Program-made: the position numbers and the translations under genes
Part shown: piece after piece, positions 9,213 to 18,582 of the stretch
How positions within the stretch are numbered: position 1 is the first letter of the stretch
How the letters are laid out: each line of letters starts with the position of its first letter
DNA from: Candidatus Daviesbacteria bacterium
GTDB lineage: Bacteria > Patescibacteriota > Microgenomatia > Daviesbacterales > UBA10151
Length of the DNA: 64,000 nucleotides
Assembly: GCA_016186955.1 (NCBI GenBank)
Contig: JACPKP010000003.1
Span: 66,290-130,289, forward strand
Reading direction: 5' to 3'
Notes under the pieces: generated by a model
Told to the model about the DNA's origin: nothing
Database searches by the model: none
Seen by the model: only the letters and a program-made list of their open reading frames with translations

Positions 9213-10655
9213 CTAGAATTTAATCTGGTATACTCCGGTAAAATCCCCTTCTGCTCTGGAAAATATCCTTAATGGTTTTATGTATGGTTTGATCTCTGTA
9301 GGAATTAACTGGCTGTGGGATATAAAATAAACTGGGGATAATTTGGCCAAAAACCTAATCTGATTTAAATCAATATGGTCTTTGGGCAGGGCCAAAATTT
9401 TTAATCCAAGACTATTTCGGTAGTAGCTTAGCGCATAAGATGAGATATTGCTCATTCCGTCGAGGGTAGGGACCAGTAAAAAAACTTCCCCTTTAGAGGG
9501 CCTTATTGAATCAAAAAAAGCCAATGCTTCTTTAACACTATATCCTGAAGGCCAATCAAATACGTAGGCCCGTTCTATCTGAAGCAGGGAACCTTTGGGG
9601 ATTAAGGAAAAAAAACCAAGGGGGTGAAAAGTTATAAGCAAAGCTTCAAACAACAATGGTAGGAAGATTAACATCCTAATCCATAAGGCATTTTTTAAAC
9701 GTGAGATTAAGTTATCCAAACCAACCGCAAGGATGAGCAAAAGCGGGGCTGCAGCGAATAAATCATAACGGAAATTTAACATCTTAGAAGTCAGTATCAG
9801 CAAAAGAGAAGGCATCAAAAACCATAGGAATAAAACCCTAGTCTCTTTTTGTGCTGTATCTTTTTTTAGAAAAAAAAGCCCTGCAAAAACAGCAGGTGTG
9901 AAATAAAGCAGATATGAGATAGTAAAGAAAAGTAAATTCCTAAACCAGGTTTGGATGGGGAAACCGGCAACTTCGTTTAATGGAAGTGCAAACCCCTGCC
10001 CCTCAAGTAAAATCAAGTTGAAATCCGGCCTTAAGATTAAAGGTAGGATAAAGCTCAAGGAAACAATTAAGGGGATTATTAAGGTTCTAACCCTAAAAAC
10101 GATTAACGCAACAAAAGCTGTGATACCAAGATATAAACCGGTAGTTTTTATCCAAAGAGTCAAACCAAGGATTATCCCCAGATTTAAAGCGTCAACCCAC
10201 CGGAATTTTTTTCTTAGTTTAAAGACCAATGCTAAAACCATAATGTTTAAATCAAACAAAATACCATCCATTAAGGCTGTTGCCTGTGAAAAAATCAAAA
10301 AAGGAGAAAAAGCGTATAATATTAAACCAATGGTTGCTGCATTTGCATTTCTCAGCTGCCTTATGAGTTTATATAAAATAAAAAAAGGTGGGATACTTAT
10401 TATCAGGTTTACCAATCTGGCGCCGGTGACCGGGTTATTAAAAATTTGTGCTCCGAACCCGTAAACCCAAAAAAGCAAAGGTTGTTTATGCCAAACTTCA
10501 ACCGGCATAAACAACCCGTCTTTTAACTTCAGCGAAAGGATTCCCCACCAGGCATAATTTGACTCATCAATAAATGGTGGGAAAGTAAAGATAAAATAGA
10601 TACGCAAAGCCAAAAATAAAATAAAAACCCAGATAATTTTAGTTGATGTAGCCAC
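9213..10655 (-). CDS. GT39/ArnT-like GT-C glycosyltransferase
   Basis: PPFIDESNY, KQPLLFW, many TM segments. Confidence 0.75.
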   Translation of the reverse strand: MATSTKIIWVFILFLALRIYFIFTFPPFIDESNYAWWGILSLKLKDGLFMPVEVWHKQPLLFWVYGFGAQIFNNPVTGARLVNLIISIPPFFILYKLIRQLRNANAATIGLILYAFSPFLIFSQATALMDGILFDLNIMVLALVFKLRKKFRWVDALNLGIILGLTLWIKTTGLYLGITAFVALIVFRVRTLIIPLIVSLSFILPLILRPDFNLILLEGQGFALPLNEVAGFPIQTWFRNLLFFTISYLLYFTPAVFAGLFFLKKDTAQKETRVLFLWFLMPSLLLILTSKMLNFRYDLFAAAPLLLILAVGLDNLISRLKNALWIRMLIFLPLLFEALLITFHPLGFFSLIPKGSLLQIERAYVFDWPSGYSVKEALAFFDSIRPSKGEVFLLVPTLDGMSNISSYALSYYRNSLGLKILALPKDHIDLNQIRFLAKLSPVYFISHSQLIPTEIKPYIKPLRIFSRAEGDFTGVYQIKF

Positions 10656-10656
10656 A

Positions 10657-12381
10657 TTATTTAGTTTTCTTCCGGTATAGAAAGATGAAGGATAGAGAGA
10701 CTATGAAAAAATTAATGCTGAGTATGTTGCTGACTGACCTTAATGTGGTGTTTTCTAAGTTTAAAATTACTTCATGTTTGCCCGGAGGGAGTTGGATATC
10801 CATAAACCCGTAAATATTGTCGTAGTTGGGTTGTGCTTCTTTACTGTCTACAAATACCTTCCAACCCGGATAATAATGGGTGAAAAACCTTGCCACTGAT
10901 GGTTTTTGCATCTCCATATTGTATTTTTTCAAGGATGCAGTAAGTTTGTAGTCAATTATTTTGGCCTCACCCAGCAGAATTTTTACCTCTTCTTTAGGCC
11001 GGTCTGATTCTGCAGGTAAGACATCTGTCCAGCGGGGCATGTATCCCGGCTCAGGGTCAAAATTTTTCAGGTTCTCAGAAGGGTGTAAAATTTTATAGCC
11101 AAAATCAACCTCATTTGAATTACCATAAGCTGCAGGTTTTAAATAACCGCCATAGGCATAGGTTGCAGCTACCATTAAACAAACAAAAACGATATACCTG
11201 GAAGTGTCGTTTTTAAAGGCTATAAGAATGCTGCCTGCGATAAACGATGAAGTAAATGTCGCCACTGCCAGAAACCTCCAGGAATACTGGATGAAAGGGA
11301 TATATGGTAGAGTTTCCCAGATAGGTTGGGAGATAGGCAACATAATATAAACAGAGGTAAAAAGGGTTGCTAAAAAAATCAACAATAGCCAGTATTCCCT
11401 AAGATTGAAATTTTCCAGGTTGACAAAGTTTGAGATAAATGCCAGTTTTTTTCCGGCCCAAAATTTTGCACAGATAATAGCGGCAAGTATAAAAACAGCC
11501 AGCCAATGGACTATTCCCAACTGGAAAGAGATCTTATCTGTGCAGCCGGTTTGTGAAGTGCCATAATTCCAAGACGGGGTAAAAAGCTGCTGCAGGCAGA
11601 CAAAATGGTGGTGGAAATCATAGTACCCAGAGTGCATGTAAACAATCTGGACATAATCCTGTTCAAAATAAGCCGGGATCAGAAAGAAAGATACCAACCC
11701 AAACCCTACAAACAGTGAGAATATGACTGGTAAAATTTGTCTGAAGGATTTATACAACAAGTATAGGTATGTAATATAAGCCAAAATTAAAGGGGAGAAC
11801 ATGATAATTGTCGGCGGATGGGAAATGGTTACCAGCGCTACAAAAAATGAGGCAAGGGTCAAATAAAGGCCCTTTGAGCTGTCAAAATAGGCTTTAATGC
11901 CCCAGAAAATACCAGGGACAAATGCCAGGGCAGTAAATTCCGGCAGGGCGCTCCTTACAAAAATATCCAGTATATGGTAAGGCGCAAGAAAATACAGGAA
12001 AGAGGAAAGGATGCCGGGCAGTGTGCCGAAATGCCTTTTTGCAAACAGGAACATCAACAGGGCTGAAATAAACCATAAAAAAACAGCAGAAACATTGAGT
12101 GAGGGTATATAGTCCAACCCTAAAGACCTGGGGATTTGAAATAAATAGTAGATCCCGGGCTGGTAAAAATTAAAAAGCGGTTGGTTAAAACCCGGCACAA
12201 ACCAGTCAATCCAGCGTACCGGGAATTGTCCTGCCCTCAAAGCCTCCTCGAATTTCCTTAGGTAAATGGAATGCAGCTGGCTGTCATGGCCCAAAAACAT
12301 CCCTTCTTTCAAAAAAGGCGCCAAAATCTGGGTAAAAAGCAGCAATGAAAAAATTATTATAATCCTGTACCAGAATTTCAT
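10657..12381 (-). CDS. PTPS-related/YfhO-like GT-C membrane protein
   Basis: GHD..H, GQFPVRW..G...PLFNFYQP, QYSWRFL; C-terminal YYPGWKVFVD...GKHEV domain. Confidence 0.7.
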   Translation of the reverse strand: MKFWYRIIIIFSLLLFTQILAPFLKEGMFLGHDSQLHSIYLRKFEEALRAGQFPVRWIDWFVPGFNQPLFNFYQPGIYYLFQIPRSLGLDYIPSLNVSAVFLWFISALLMFLFAKRHFGTLPGILSSFLYFLAPYHILDIFVRSALPEFTALAFVPGIFWGIKAYFDSSKGLYLTLASFFVALVTISHPPTIIMFSPLILAYITYLYLLYKSFRQILPVIFSLFVGFGLVSFFLIPAYFEQDYVQIVYMHSGYYDFHHHFVCLQQLFTPSWNYGTSQTGCTDKISFQLGIVHWLAVFILAAIICAKFWAGKKLAFISNFVNLENFNLREYWLLLIFLATLFTSVYIMLPISQPIWETLPYIPFIQYSWRFLAVATFTSSFIAGSILIAFKNDTSRYIVFVCLMVAATYAYGGYLKPAAYGNSNEVDFGYKILHPSENLKNFDPEPGYMPRWTDVLPAESDRPKEEVKILLGEAKIIDYKLTASLKKYNMEMQKPSVARFFTHYYPGWKVFVDSKEAQPNYDNIYGFMDIQLPPGKHEVILNLENTTLRSVSNILSINFFIVSLSFIFLYRKKTK

Positions 12382-12384
12382 ATT

Positions 12385-12500
12385 AGATAATTTTCAATTT
12401 TTAATTTACAATTTTTAATCAATAATCTAATTTTTAAATTTTCAAATTGATTTATTGAAAATTCAATGAAAAATGAAAATTGATACTTGTAAATTTGTGA
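12385..12500. repeat. Heptamer-periodic AT-rich imperfect inverted repeat filling an intergenic space
   Basis: AATTTTC/AATTTTT/AATTTAC units, then GAAAATT units. Confidence 0.65.
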
Positions 12501-12502
12501 CT

Positions 12503-15109
12503 TCATAGAGGTTTAAATGTTCCCAGCATTTTATAAAACAGGTCAAGTTTTATTGAATTTCCTGGATAAACTTTAAACTGCCAGACCTCACTCTCTTTGA
12601 TTAGAACAAAACGTTGTGAAGAATCCCCCTGGGGCGTGCCGAAAACCTGCACGGCTGCTATAAAACCTATAAAATTAATAGGCTGGACATCCAAAAGCAC
12701 ACCGGTCATCTTCAAGGGTGATTTGCTGATATGGTCTTCAATATTTTCCCCTTCTTTGAGCTTGGTGGCCAGAGCCTGGATATTGAGGCCCATACTGCCG
12801 GGGTTATTATCGGAAATCAGCATAATTTGAGCATTAGGATCTTTACTTACTGAAAACTTAGGGGGTATTTTGATGGAAAAGTGATTCCCCGGATCTTGTA
12901 TTTCTTTCCAGGAAACAGTCTGTTCTAAATTTGCCGGGTCGTTTAAATTATAAGTGCTGATTTTTTTAAGTATATTATCAGCCTCCAGGCCGATCGGGTC
13001 GCCGATCGGGGATAGTTGTTTCACAGTCTCAAACTCCAGTTTTGCCTGGTCTGTCCTGCCGATATTGATATATGATAACCCGAGGTTAAAATGTACGGAG
13101 AGATTTTTTACATCCAGCCTCTCCGCTTTGGCAAGGTAATGGTAAGAGCTGTTAAAATCCCTCATCCTTGCGTAAAACTCTCCCAGATGTGCCAGGACTT
13201 CGGCATTCTCCGGGTTTGTAGCTTTAGCCATGTTGAAATATTTCAGCGCCTGCCCATTATCACCTTGCTTTGCAAAATAGTCTCCGAGGTACTCATAGGC
13301 ATAGACATAGTCGTTTAAGATATTATTAAAGCCTCCGCGGTAGTTTCTTTCCAGGTAATAAGGTTTTGGGTGCAAAGGCGTGGTAAATTTAAAGTCATAC
13401 AAAGCTAAATTAAGTTTAGCTTCCTGCGTTGCCCGGATCACTTTTAAGGTTAATCCATTGGGGACGAATTTAAACCTTTTTTCATCCAGCCTGAGCTGTC
13501 CTCCGTCGGTAGCTGCCAAAGCAGAAGCCCGCAGGGTTAAATGGGTGACATAAATAGGGTGGGAGTTAATATTTTCATCAATAAACTGGTTCATGGCATC
13601 GTTATACTCAGAGTATTTTTTATATTGGATAATCTGTTCTATTTTGTCTGAAACTGATAAATTTGTGGCATGGCGGACCACGTCCCTTTCCCACCTGTTT
13701 ACATAAAACACATTTGCCGTTAAAGGTGTCACATCAGGCCTGTAAATATCCGCTTCATGCAAATAATGGGACAGTGAATTAAAAAAATCCCCGGTGCCGA
13801 TTATGATGGCGTTTTTCTCAAGCGGGGAGTATAAGTTATAGGCATAATCCGAAGCGAAATAGTGGTTGCTTCTGTCCAAGATCCAGAAGAAGCTTAAAAG
13901 CGGCAAAAAGCACAGTGAAAAAACCAGGAAAAGTTTTCTGCCGGATAACTTAAATTTTAAAGCAGCAAAATAAAAACCAGCCCCTAAAAAAATTGATAAA
14001 AATTCCCAGGCTAAAATAAACCATGATTCCTGGTTTCCGGAATAGTATATTCCGGAATATACGACATCAATTACCGGAACTGAGAGTAAAAATACCAGCA
14101 AAAACCTGTTTACCTTGTAAACATAGTAAATACCCAAAGCCATAAAAGGGAACAGGAATGGCGTAAATTGGATCAATGTATTCAATAGGAAATAAGAGAA
14201 TGATTGCGCAAAGATAAGCGGGGAGCCGGTGAAACCATTGATGGATCCTCCTTCAGGTTCATAAATATTTAATCCCTCGCCATGTAAGTGGCCAATAAAA
14301 AGTTTCCATGTTTGCGGGTTGCCCCAGTTGATAAAAGGCCAAGAACTGGCCCGGATCGGCAGATAAGAATAAACAGCAGAAATTGTGGCTGCAAAAATTA
14401 AACCTAAAATGATCAGTTTGGGTATATTTAAAGACTTACGGTTTAAAAACATGACATAAAGCGTGGCAGGCACCAGGGATGCGACAGTCGGGTTGGCGCC
14501 TGCAGCCAGCCCGTAGAGGAATGCAACCAGCAGGAGTATTTTAAATAGGTATGCAGAGTAGCGGTTAAAACTTAATTTTTTTTCAGTTATTTCACGTTTT
14601 TTAACCATAATTTTAAGAAGCAAATAGGCAAAAAGCGCCACAAAAAAATAGGTAAAAATAAAAGCCTCGGTATTTTGTGACTGTGACCAGTACTGGTAGG
14701 AAAATGCCAAGGCAGTTGCCCCAAAAAGGGCGGAAAGATGAGGGAGCCCGCCTGAAGCGCTATATGTAGCATTGCGGGCAGGTTTGTGGAAGAAAAAGTT
14801 GTTTTGTAAAATCAGCAGGATGATTTTGTATACCATCAGCAGCAAAGCCAAAGAAAAGATAATGGTAAAAAGCTCCAGGCTTAAAAGTTTGGTAAAAAAA
14901 GGTGTGACTTGGGTAAAAATATGGGATGCCATCATATAAAAAGGGAAACCTGGCGGATTTGGGATGCCAAGTGATGAGGCTGCTGCAATCATGGTTCCCG
15001 AATCTATCCAGAGTATTGATGGAGGTTTGGTGTAAAAGTAAATTAGAAAAGCCAGTATCAATAAAGATAAAGGCATAATGTTGGGGTATTTTAAAAAGCT
15101 TTTGGGCAT
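12503..15109 (-). CDS. DUF2723/TMEM260-like GT-C protein + TPR + PsbP-like domain
   Basis: WIDSG...LGIPNPPGFPFY, WSQSQNTEAF, YLPIRA...NWGNP; TPRs; FSIKIPPKF...FYKMLGTFKPL. Confidence 0.8.
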   Translation of the reverse strand: MPKSFLKYPNIMPLSLLILAFLIYFYTKPPSILWIDSGTMIAAASSLGIPNPPGFPFYMMASHIFTQVTPFFTKLLSLELFTIIFSLALLLMVYKIILLILQNNFFFHKPARNATYSASGGLPHLSALFGATALAFSYQYWSQSQNTEAFIFTYFFVALFAYLLLKIMVKKREITEKKLSFNRYSAYLFKILLLVAFLYGLAAGANPTVASLVPATLYVMFLNRKSLNIPKLIILGLIFAATISAVYSYLPIRASSWPFINWGNPQTWKLFIGHLHGEGLNIYEPEGGSINGFTGSPLIFAQSFSYFLLNTLIQFTPFLFPFMALGIYYVYKVNRFLLVFLLSVPVIDVVYSGIYYSGNQESWFILAWEFLSIFLGAGFYFAALKFKLSGRKLFLVFSLCFLPLLSFFWILDRSNHYFASDYAYNLYSPLEKNAIIIGTGDFFNSLSHYLHEADIYRPDVTPLTANVFYVNRWERDVVRHATNLSVSDKIEQIIQYKKYSEYNDAMNQFIDENINSHPIYVTHLTLRASALAATDGGQLRLDEKRFKFVPNGLTLKVIRATQEAKLNLALYDFKFTTPLHPKPYYLERNYRGGFNNILNDYVYAYEYLGDYFAKQGDNGQALKYFNMAKATNPENAEVLAHLGEFYARMRDFNSSYHYLAKAERLDVKNLSVHFNLGLSYINIGRTDQAKLEFETVKQLSPIGDPIGLEADNILKKISTYNLNDPANLEQTVSWKEIQDPGNHFSIKIPPKFSVSKDPNAQIMLISDNNPGSMGLNIQALATKLKEGENIEDHISKSPLKMTGVLLDVQPINFIGFIAAVQVFGTPQGDSSQRFVLIKESEVWQFKVYPGNSIKLDLFYKMLGTFKPL
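14746..14783. repeat. Degenerate GC-rich hairpin element, in frame (KPARNATYSASGGL)
   Basis: Minus strand CCTGCC-CGCAATGCTA-cata-TAGCGCTTC-AGGCGGG in an inter-TM loop. Confidence 0.55.
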
Positions 15110-15206
15110 AATTTTGGTGTGTAACGATTTTTGCAGAAATGAAGATAGTTTTCAAGACCGTAGAAAGAACTTGTAATGGCAAAAAATTTATTATAAAGTA
15201 GATGCA

Positions 15207-16115
15207 ATGCATCAGTTAAAACTGGATTGGAAAAAATTATTGCCGCTTATTCCGCCTGCAGTAACCAAGCTTAAAATATCCGGCTTGGCATTTTTCAGGC
15301 GGCGTTCCCCGGTTATTTTAGGGGCAATATTAGGTCTGTTGGTCTCATACCTGACTTATACCTATGTCACAAGCCCCAATCCCACCATTACACTACAAGT
15401 TCCAGCTGGTGACCAGGAAGTAAAAAGCGAAAACCTATTTGTTAAGGGAATAGTAGCGCCTATTGGGTCTAAGGTCAGGGTTAACGGCCAGGAGGTTGCT
15501 GAAAACGGCGACGGTACTTTCACCACTGTTATTAACATACCCGAAGGTAAAAGCACACTCAAAATAGAAGCAAACTACCGGGGGAAAAACGCGGAAGTGA
15601 TACACCTTATTAACAGGCTGTTGACAGAAGAGGAACAAAAAACCAAAGATGAACAAAAAAGAAGGGCCCAACTAAAAGACAAAGAGGATGTTTTGGGGAT
15701 AGACCAAAAGATTGATGAGCTGATAGTGGCGTACAATAACAAAACCGGCAGTGATATTGTACGGGTATTAGACCATAAGGTAAATGAAAAAGCAGGGTTT
15801 CGGTCTGTCAGCGGAGAAGTCATAAACGGTGCCAAAGAAGATGTGTATTGGGTGAAGGTTACAGCTAACTTTTATGATGAACACGACAGCCTGGTTGACA
15901 CAAAAATAGGGTTTGCTGTGGCGCTTGACCAATATTTAAAACCAGGGGACAAGGGGACTTTTGACAGCCAGTCAACATCAAAAGAATTTTCTTACTATAA
16001 ACTTTCAGTGGAATGGAAAAAAGGCAGCGATTTGGGTGGCGCCCAGTCGCAGGAAGAAGCTGAAGCTGCCACAAAATCCGCTGAAAAAACACCCCAGCCT
16101 TCACCCAAAAAGTGA
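15207..16115 (+). CDS. Membrane-anchored surface protein: Ig-like domain + coiled linker + FxLYD-like domain
   Basis: One TM; VRVNGQEV..NGDGTF...EGK beta-sandwich; VSGEVIN...VKVTANFYD...LKPGD. Confidence 0.65.
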   Translation: MHQLKLDWKKLLPLIPPAVTKLKISGLAFFRRRSPVILGAILGLLVSYLTYTYVTSPNPTITLQVPAGDQEVKSENLFVKGIVAPIGSKVRVNGQEVAENGDGTFTTVINIPEGKSTLKIEANYRGKNAEVIHLINRLLTEEEQKTKDEQKRRAQLKDKEDVLGIDQKIDELIVAYNNKTGSDIVRVLDHKVNEKAGFRSVSGEVINGAKEDVYWVKVTANFYDEHDSLVDTKIGFAVALDQYLKPGDKGTFDSQSTSKEFSYYKLSVEWKKGSDLGGAQSQEEAEAATKSAEKTPQPSPKK

Positions 16116-16144
16116 AAAAAGTGTAGGTGAGTCAGATCGAAATG

Positions 16145-16184
16145 TTGACAAATTCTTACTGGTATGATATTCTTACTAGTATGA
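16145..16184 (+). promoter_or_regulatory. Sigma70 promoter with tandem operators for the vapBC module
   Basis: TTGACA-17-TATTCT with TGn extension; ATTCTTACTGGTATGA (16152) and ATTCTTACTAGTATGA (16169); ATG 7 nt after -10. Confidence 0.75.
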
Positions 16185-16480
16185 ACGATTATACTCAAAC
16201 TATTTCTAAAATAAGAGAAAGGGGTCAGTTAACTGTCCCCCAGAGTGTAAGATCAGCCTTAAATTGGCCTGAAGATGAAGTGATGGTTAAAGTTACCACT
16301 ATCCAAGATGGGTTTAGAGTGGAGAGATTACCTGTTTCTCACCCCCAGCACCCTAAAAAGAAATTAACGGAAAAAGAATGGAGTAGGATCTGGAAGAATT
16401 TTCAGAAAATTAGCCGCTCGGGCAGGCAGGACATTAAATTAACAGATTTTTTGAGGCAAGACAGGGATACTCACTTTTAA
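16181..16480 (+). CDS. vapB: AbrB/MazE/SpoVT-family antitoxin
   Basis: KIRERGQLTVPQSVRSALN AbrB signature directly upstream of a PIN gene. Confidence 0.8.
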   Translation: MNDYTQTISKIRERGQLTVPQSVRSALNWPEDEVMVKVTTIQDGFRVERLPVSHPQHPKKKLTEKEWSRIWKNFQKISRSGRQDIKLTDFLRQDRDTHF

Positions 16481-16900
16481 ATGAACACTTATGTCCTGGA
16501 TACTTCAGTGGTGCTGCAGTGGATTCATCAGAAACATGAGCTTCATCCTAAACAGGCGCAGAAAATTTTTGAAGACTTACAATCCGGCAAGATCAATATT
16601 TTAATTCCCAATTTGTTAACTGTTGAACTTCTTAACGCGCTGCTTATCGGTAAAAAGACTTCAACAGAAGAGGCTAATTTAGCTGTTAAAGAAATCTTTG
16701 AGAGTACATTAACTATTGTTGAAGTAACCTTACCATTACTCTTTGAGACCTCTGTTTTGATGAGAGAGTATAGTCTTACGTCTTATGATGCTTATTTTCT
16801 GGCCCTTGCCCAAACAGAAGGATGTCAATTGATAAGTGATGATCAAAAAGCCCATGGTAAGATAACTGATGGAACAGTTCTAATGCTTGAAGATTATTAA
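16481..16900 (+). CDS. vapC: PIN-domain ribonuclease toxin
   Basis: VLDTSV, ELLNAL, LTSYDAYFLALA, LISDD. Confidence 0.9.
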   Translation: MNTYVLDTSVVLQWIHQKHELHPKQAQKIFEDLQSGKINILIPNLLTVELLNALLIGKKTSTEEANLAVKEIFESTLTIVEVTLPLLFETSVLMREYSLTSYDAYFLALAQTEGCQLISDDQKAHGKITDGTVLMLEDY

Positions 16901-16963
16901 GATTCCGGTAGTTCAAATCCCAGGGTTGATATTTTCCACAGAAAATTACTATGATAATAAAGT

Positions 16964-18319
16964 ATGCAGGAGATGCTTGATGGGCAGGATATCAGACGTG
17001 GGATAGACTTTTCAGCCAGGATGGGAAAGACTGTTGCCGAAAACCTGGAGGAAAAATTCTCCTGGTGGGGGGGTTCAGGGTGGAGCAGTGCCACGCTGGT
17101 ATTTTTGGCGCTGGTATTTTTTATTAACCTATTGGTTGTTTATCCTATATTTACCTATAACCTGGCCGGTTCATTTTCCTCTTCAGCGCTGCTTACTTTA
17201 GCTTTTTTATCAGAGCAGCTTGGTATTTTAAAAATAGGGCAGTTTTTACAATTTATTACCATATCCTCACTCATACTAACCCCTGTCAGTATTTACTTTT
17301 TTGTCAGAAAAAACACCAACCATGACCTGACAGCCCTGTTTGCCACATTATTTTTTATCTTGCCCAACCCTTTTGTTAAAGAAGGTATGCCTCTTTTAGG
17401 TGTGCTTTTTTCCGGCGACGGAGCACATGTTGTTGCGTTTACTTTTATACCATTGATACTGCTTTTGGTACAGGCGTTTATATCAGAGGGTATATCCATT
17501 TACGGGGTAATAGGTGCGATGCTGACAGCTGGTGTGGCTATTATTTCACCTTTTAGCGCATTTACCCTGTTGTGTTTATTTGGGTTGTTAATCCTGGCTG
17601 AAGGGTTTTTAGGCCACATACGTATAAAAATTGCCAGGCTGGGATTTTTACTGACTGCAGTATTTGCCCTGACCGCATTTTGGTATTTTCCTAATGTTTT
17701 GAACAATAAGATCATTGCCTTAGACCATGTTGGGTTAACTTTGCGCAGGATTACCGGAAGTTTACCTGTTGCCATCCCGGCGATTCCTATTTTTGGGACA
17801 GTTTCCTTCTTAATTTTCGACAGAAGGGCTAAATTAAAACCGGTTTTTTTAAGCGCGTCACTGTTACTCTATTTTTACCTTCTCTACAGTGTCAGCAATA
17901 ATCTTAATATAAACGGTATCTTTACAGCTGAAAGGTATGTTGCCGGCCTAACCCTTGGCGCAGCCTTTTTCTTAGCTGTAATGGCAGCCCCTTTGGTTGA
18001 AATGATCACCAGAAAATATATTTTAAAATTACATAAGCTATTTCTGGTTGGGCTTGCTGTAACCGTGTTTTTTATTGGTCTATTTTTAGCCAACTCCGGG
18101 TATATACAGATCCAGTCAGCCCAGTACTGGTCCAGTCAGTCTGCTGTTAAAAACCAGACCAATAAAGGGATAGGTTCGCTTGGCAGGAGTAATGATAACC
18201 CGCTTTTTTCAAATATTGCAGCAGGAGTCTCGCTGGCGATGCTTTTTATTTTCATCTTTGTCCTGATCCGTTATCCCGCGGTATTAAAGGTTAATGAGGG
18301 TAATGGAGCTTTACCATAA
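16964..18319 (+). CDS. Multi-TM protein, reduced paralog of the GT-C at 18583
   Basis: GDGAHVVAFTFIPL vs GEGPHTFSLVFLPL; AFWY vs SFWY; AERY vs ALRY. Confidence 0.55.
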   Translation: MQEMLDGQDIRRGIDFSARMGKTVAENLEEKFSWWGGSGWSSATLVFLALVFFINLLVVYPIFTYNLAGSFSSSALLTLAFLSEQLGILKIGQFLQFITISSLILTPVSIYFFVRKNTNHDLTALFATLFFILPNPFVKEGMPLLGVLFSGDGAHVVAFTFIPLILLLVQAFISEGISIYGVIGAMLTAGVAIISPFSAFTLLCLFGLLILAEGFLGHIRIKIARLGFLLTAVFALTAFWYFPNVLNNKIIALDHVGLTLRRITGSLPVAIPAIPIFGTVSFLIFDRRAKLKPVFLSASLLLYFYLLYSVSNNLNINGIFTAERYVAGLTLGAAFFLAVMAAPLVEMITRKYILKLHKLFLVGLAVTVFFIGLFLANSGYIQIQSAQYWSSQSAVKNQTNKGIGSLGRSNDNPLFSNIAAGVSLAMLFIFIFVLIRYPAVLKVNEGNGALP

Positions 18320-18537
18320 TGTTAAACCGGGTTCCGGTCTGTGAAAACCATCTTGCAGCCCTTTATGAAGCCTTAAAAAGAGATGATTTAAAAGTAGTGC
18401 GTAAAGTTGAGCATCTCCTGACCGGTGAAGAGAAATGCGTGGCATGCTCATATATGTTTATAGCCCAAGGGGGCGCAAAAAAGGCTTTCAAAGAATTTTT
18501 AGTGGCAAGAAGGGTTTTGTACCCGCGCCTGAACTAA
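18319..18537 (+). CDS. Small protein with CxxH...CxxC putative Zn site
   Basis: CENH and CVAC; start overlaps upstream stop (TAATG). Confidence 0.6.
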   Translation: MLNRVPVCENHLAALYEALKRDDLKVVRKVEHLLTGEEKCVACSYMFIAQGGAKKAFKEFLVARRVLYPRLN

Positions 18538-18582
18538 TTTGTCATTGATCTTTCCTCTTTTTGATGATATGTTTTTTGATTA

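Noticed and set aside
9955-10464. Antisense ORFs of 100-170 aa (also 52876..53388, 57185..57676 and others)
   Set aside because: Shadow frames opposite well-supported genes, with no motifs.
12990-13009. Double CCGATCGG palindrome (PIGDPIG)
   Set aside because: Too short and lacks the ends of the other elements; may be a codon coincidence.
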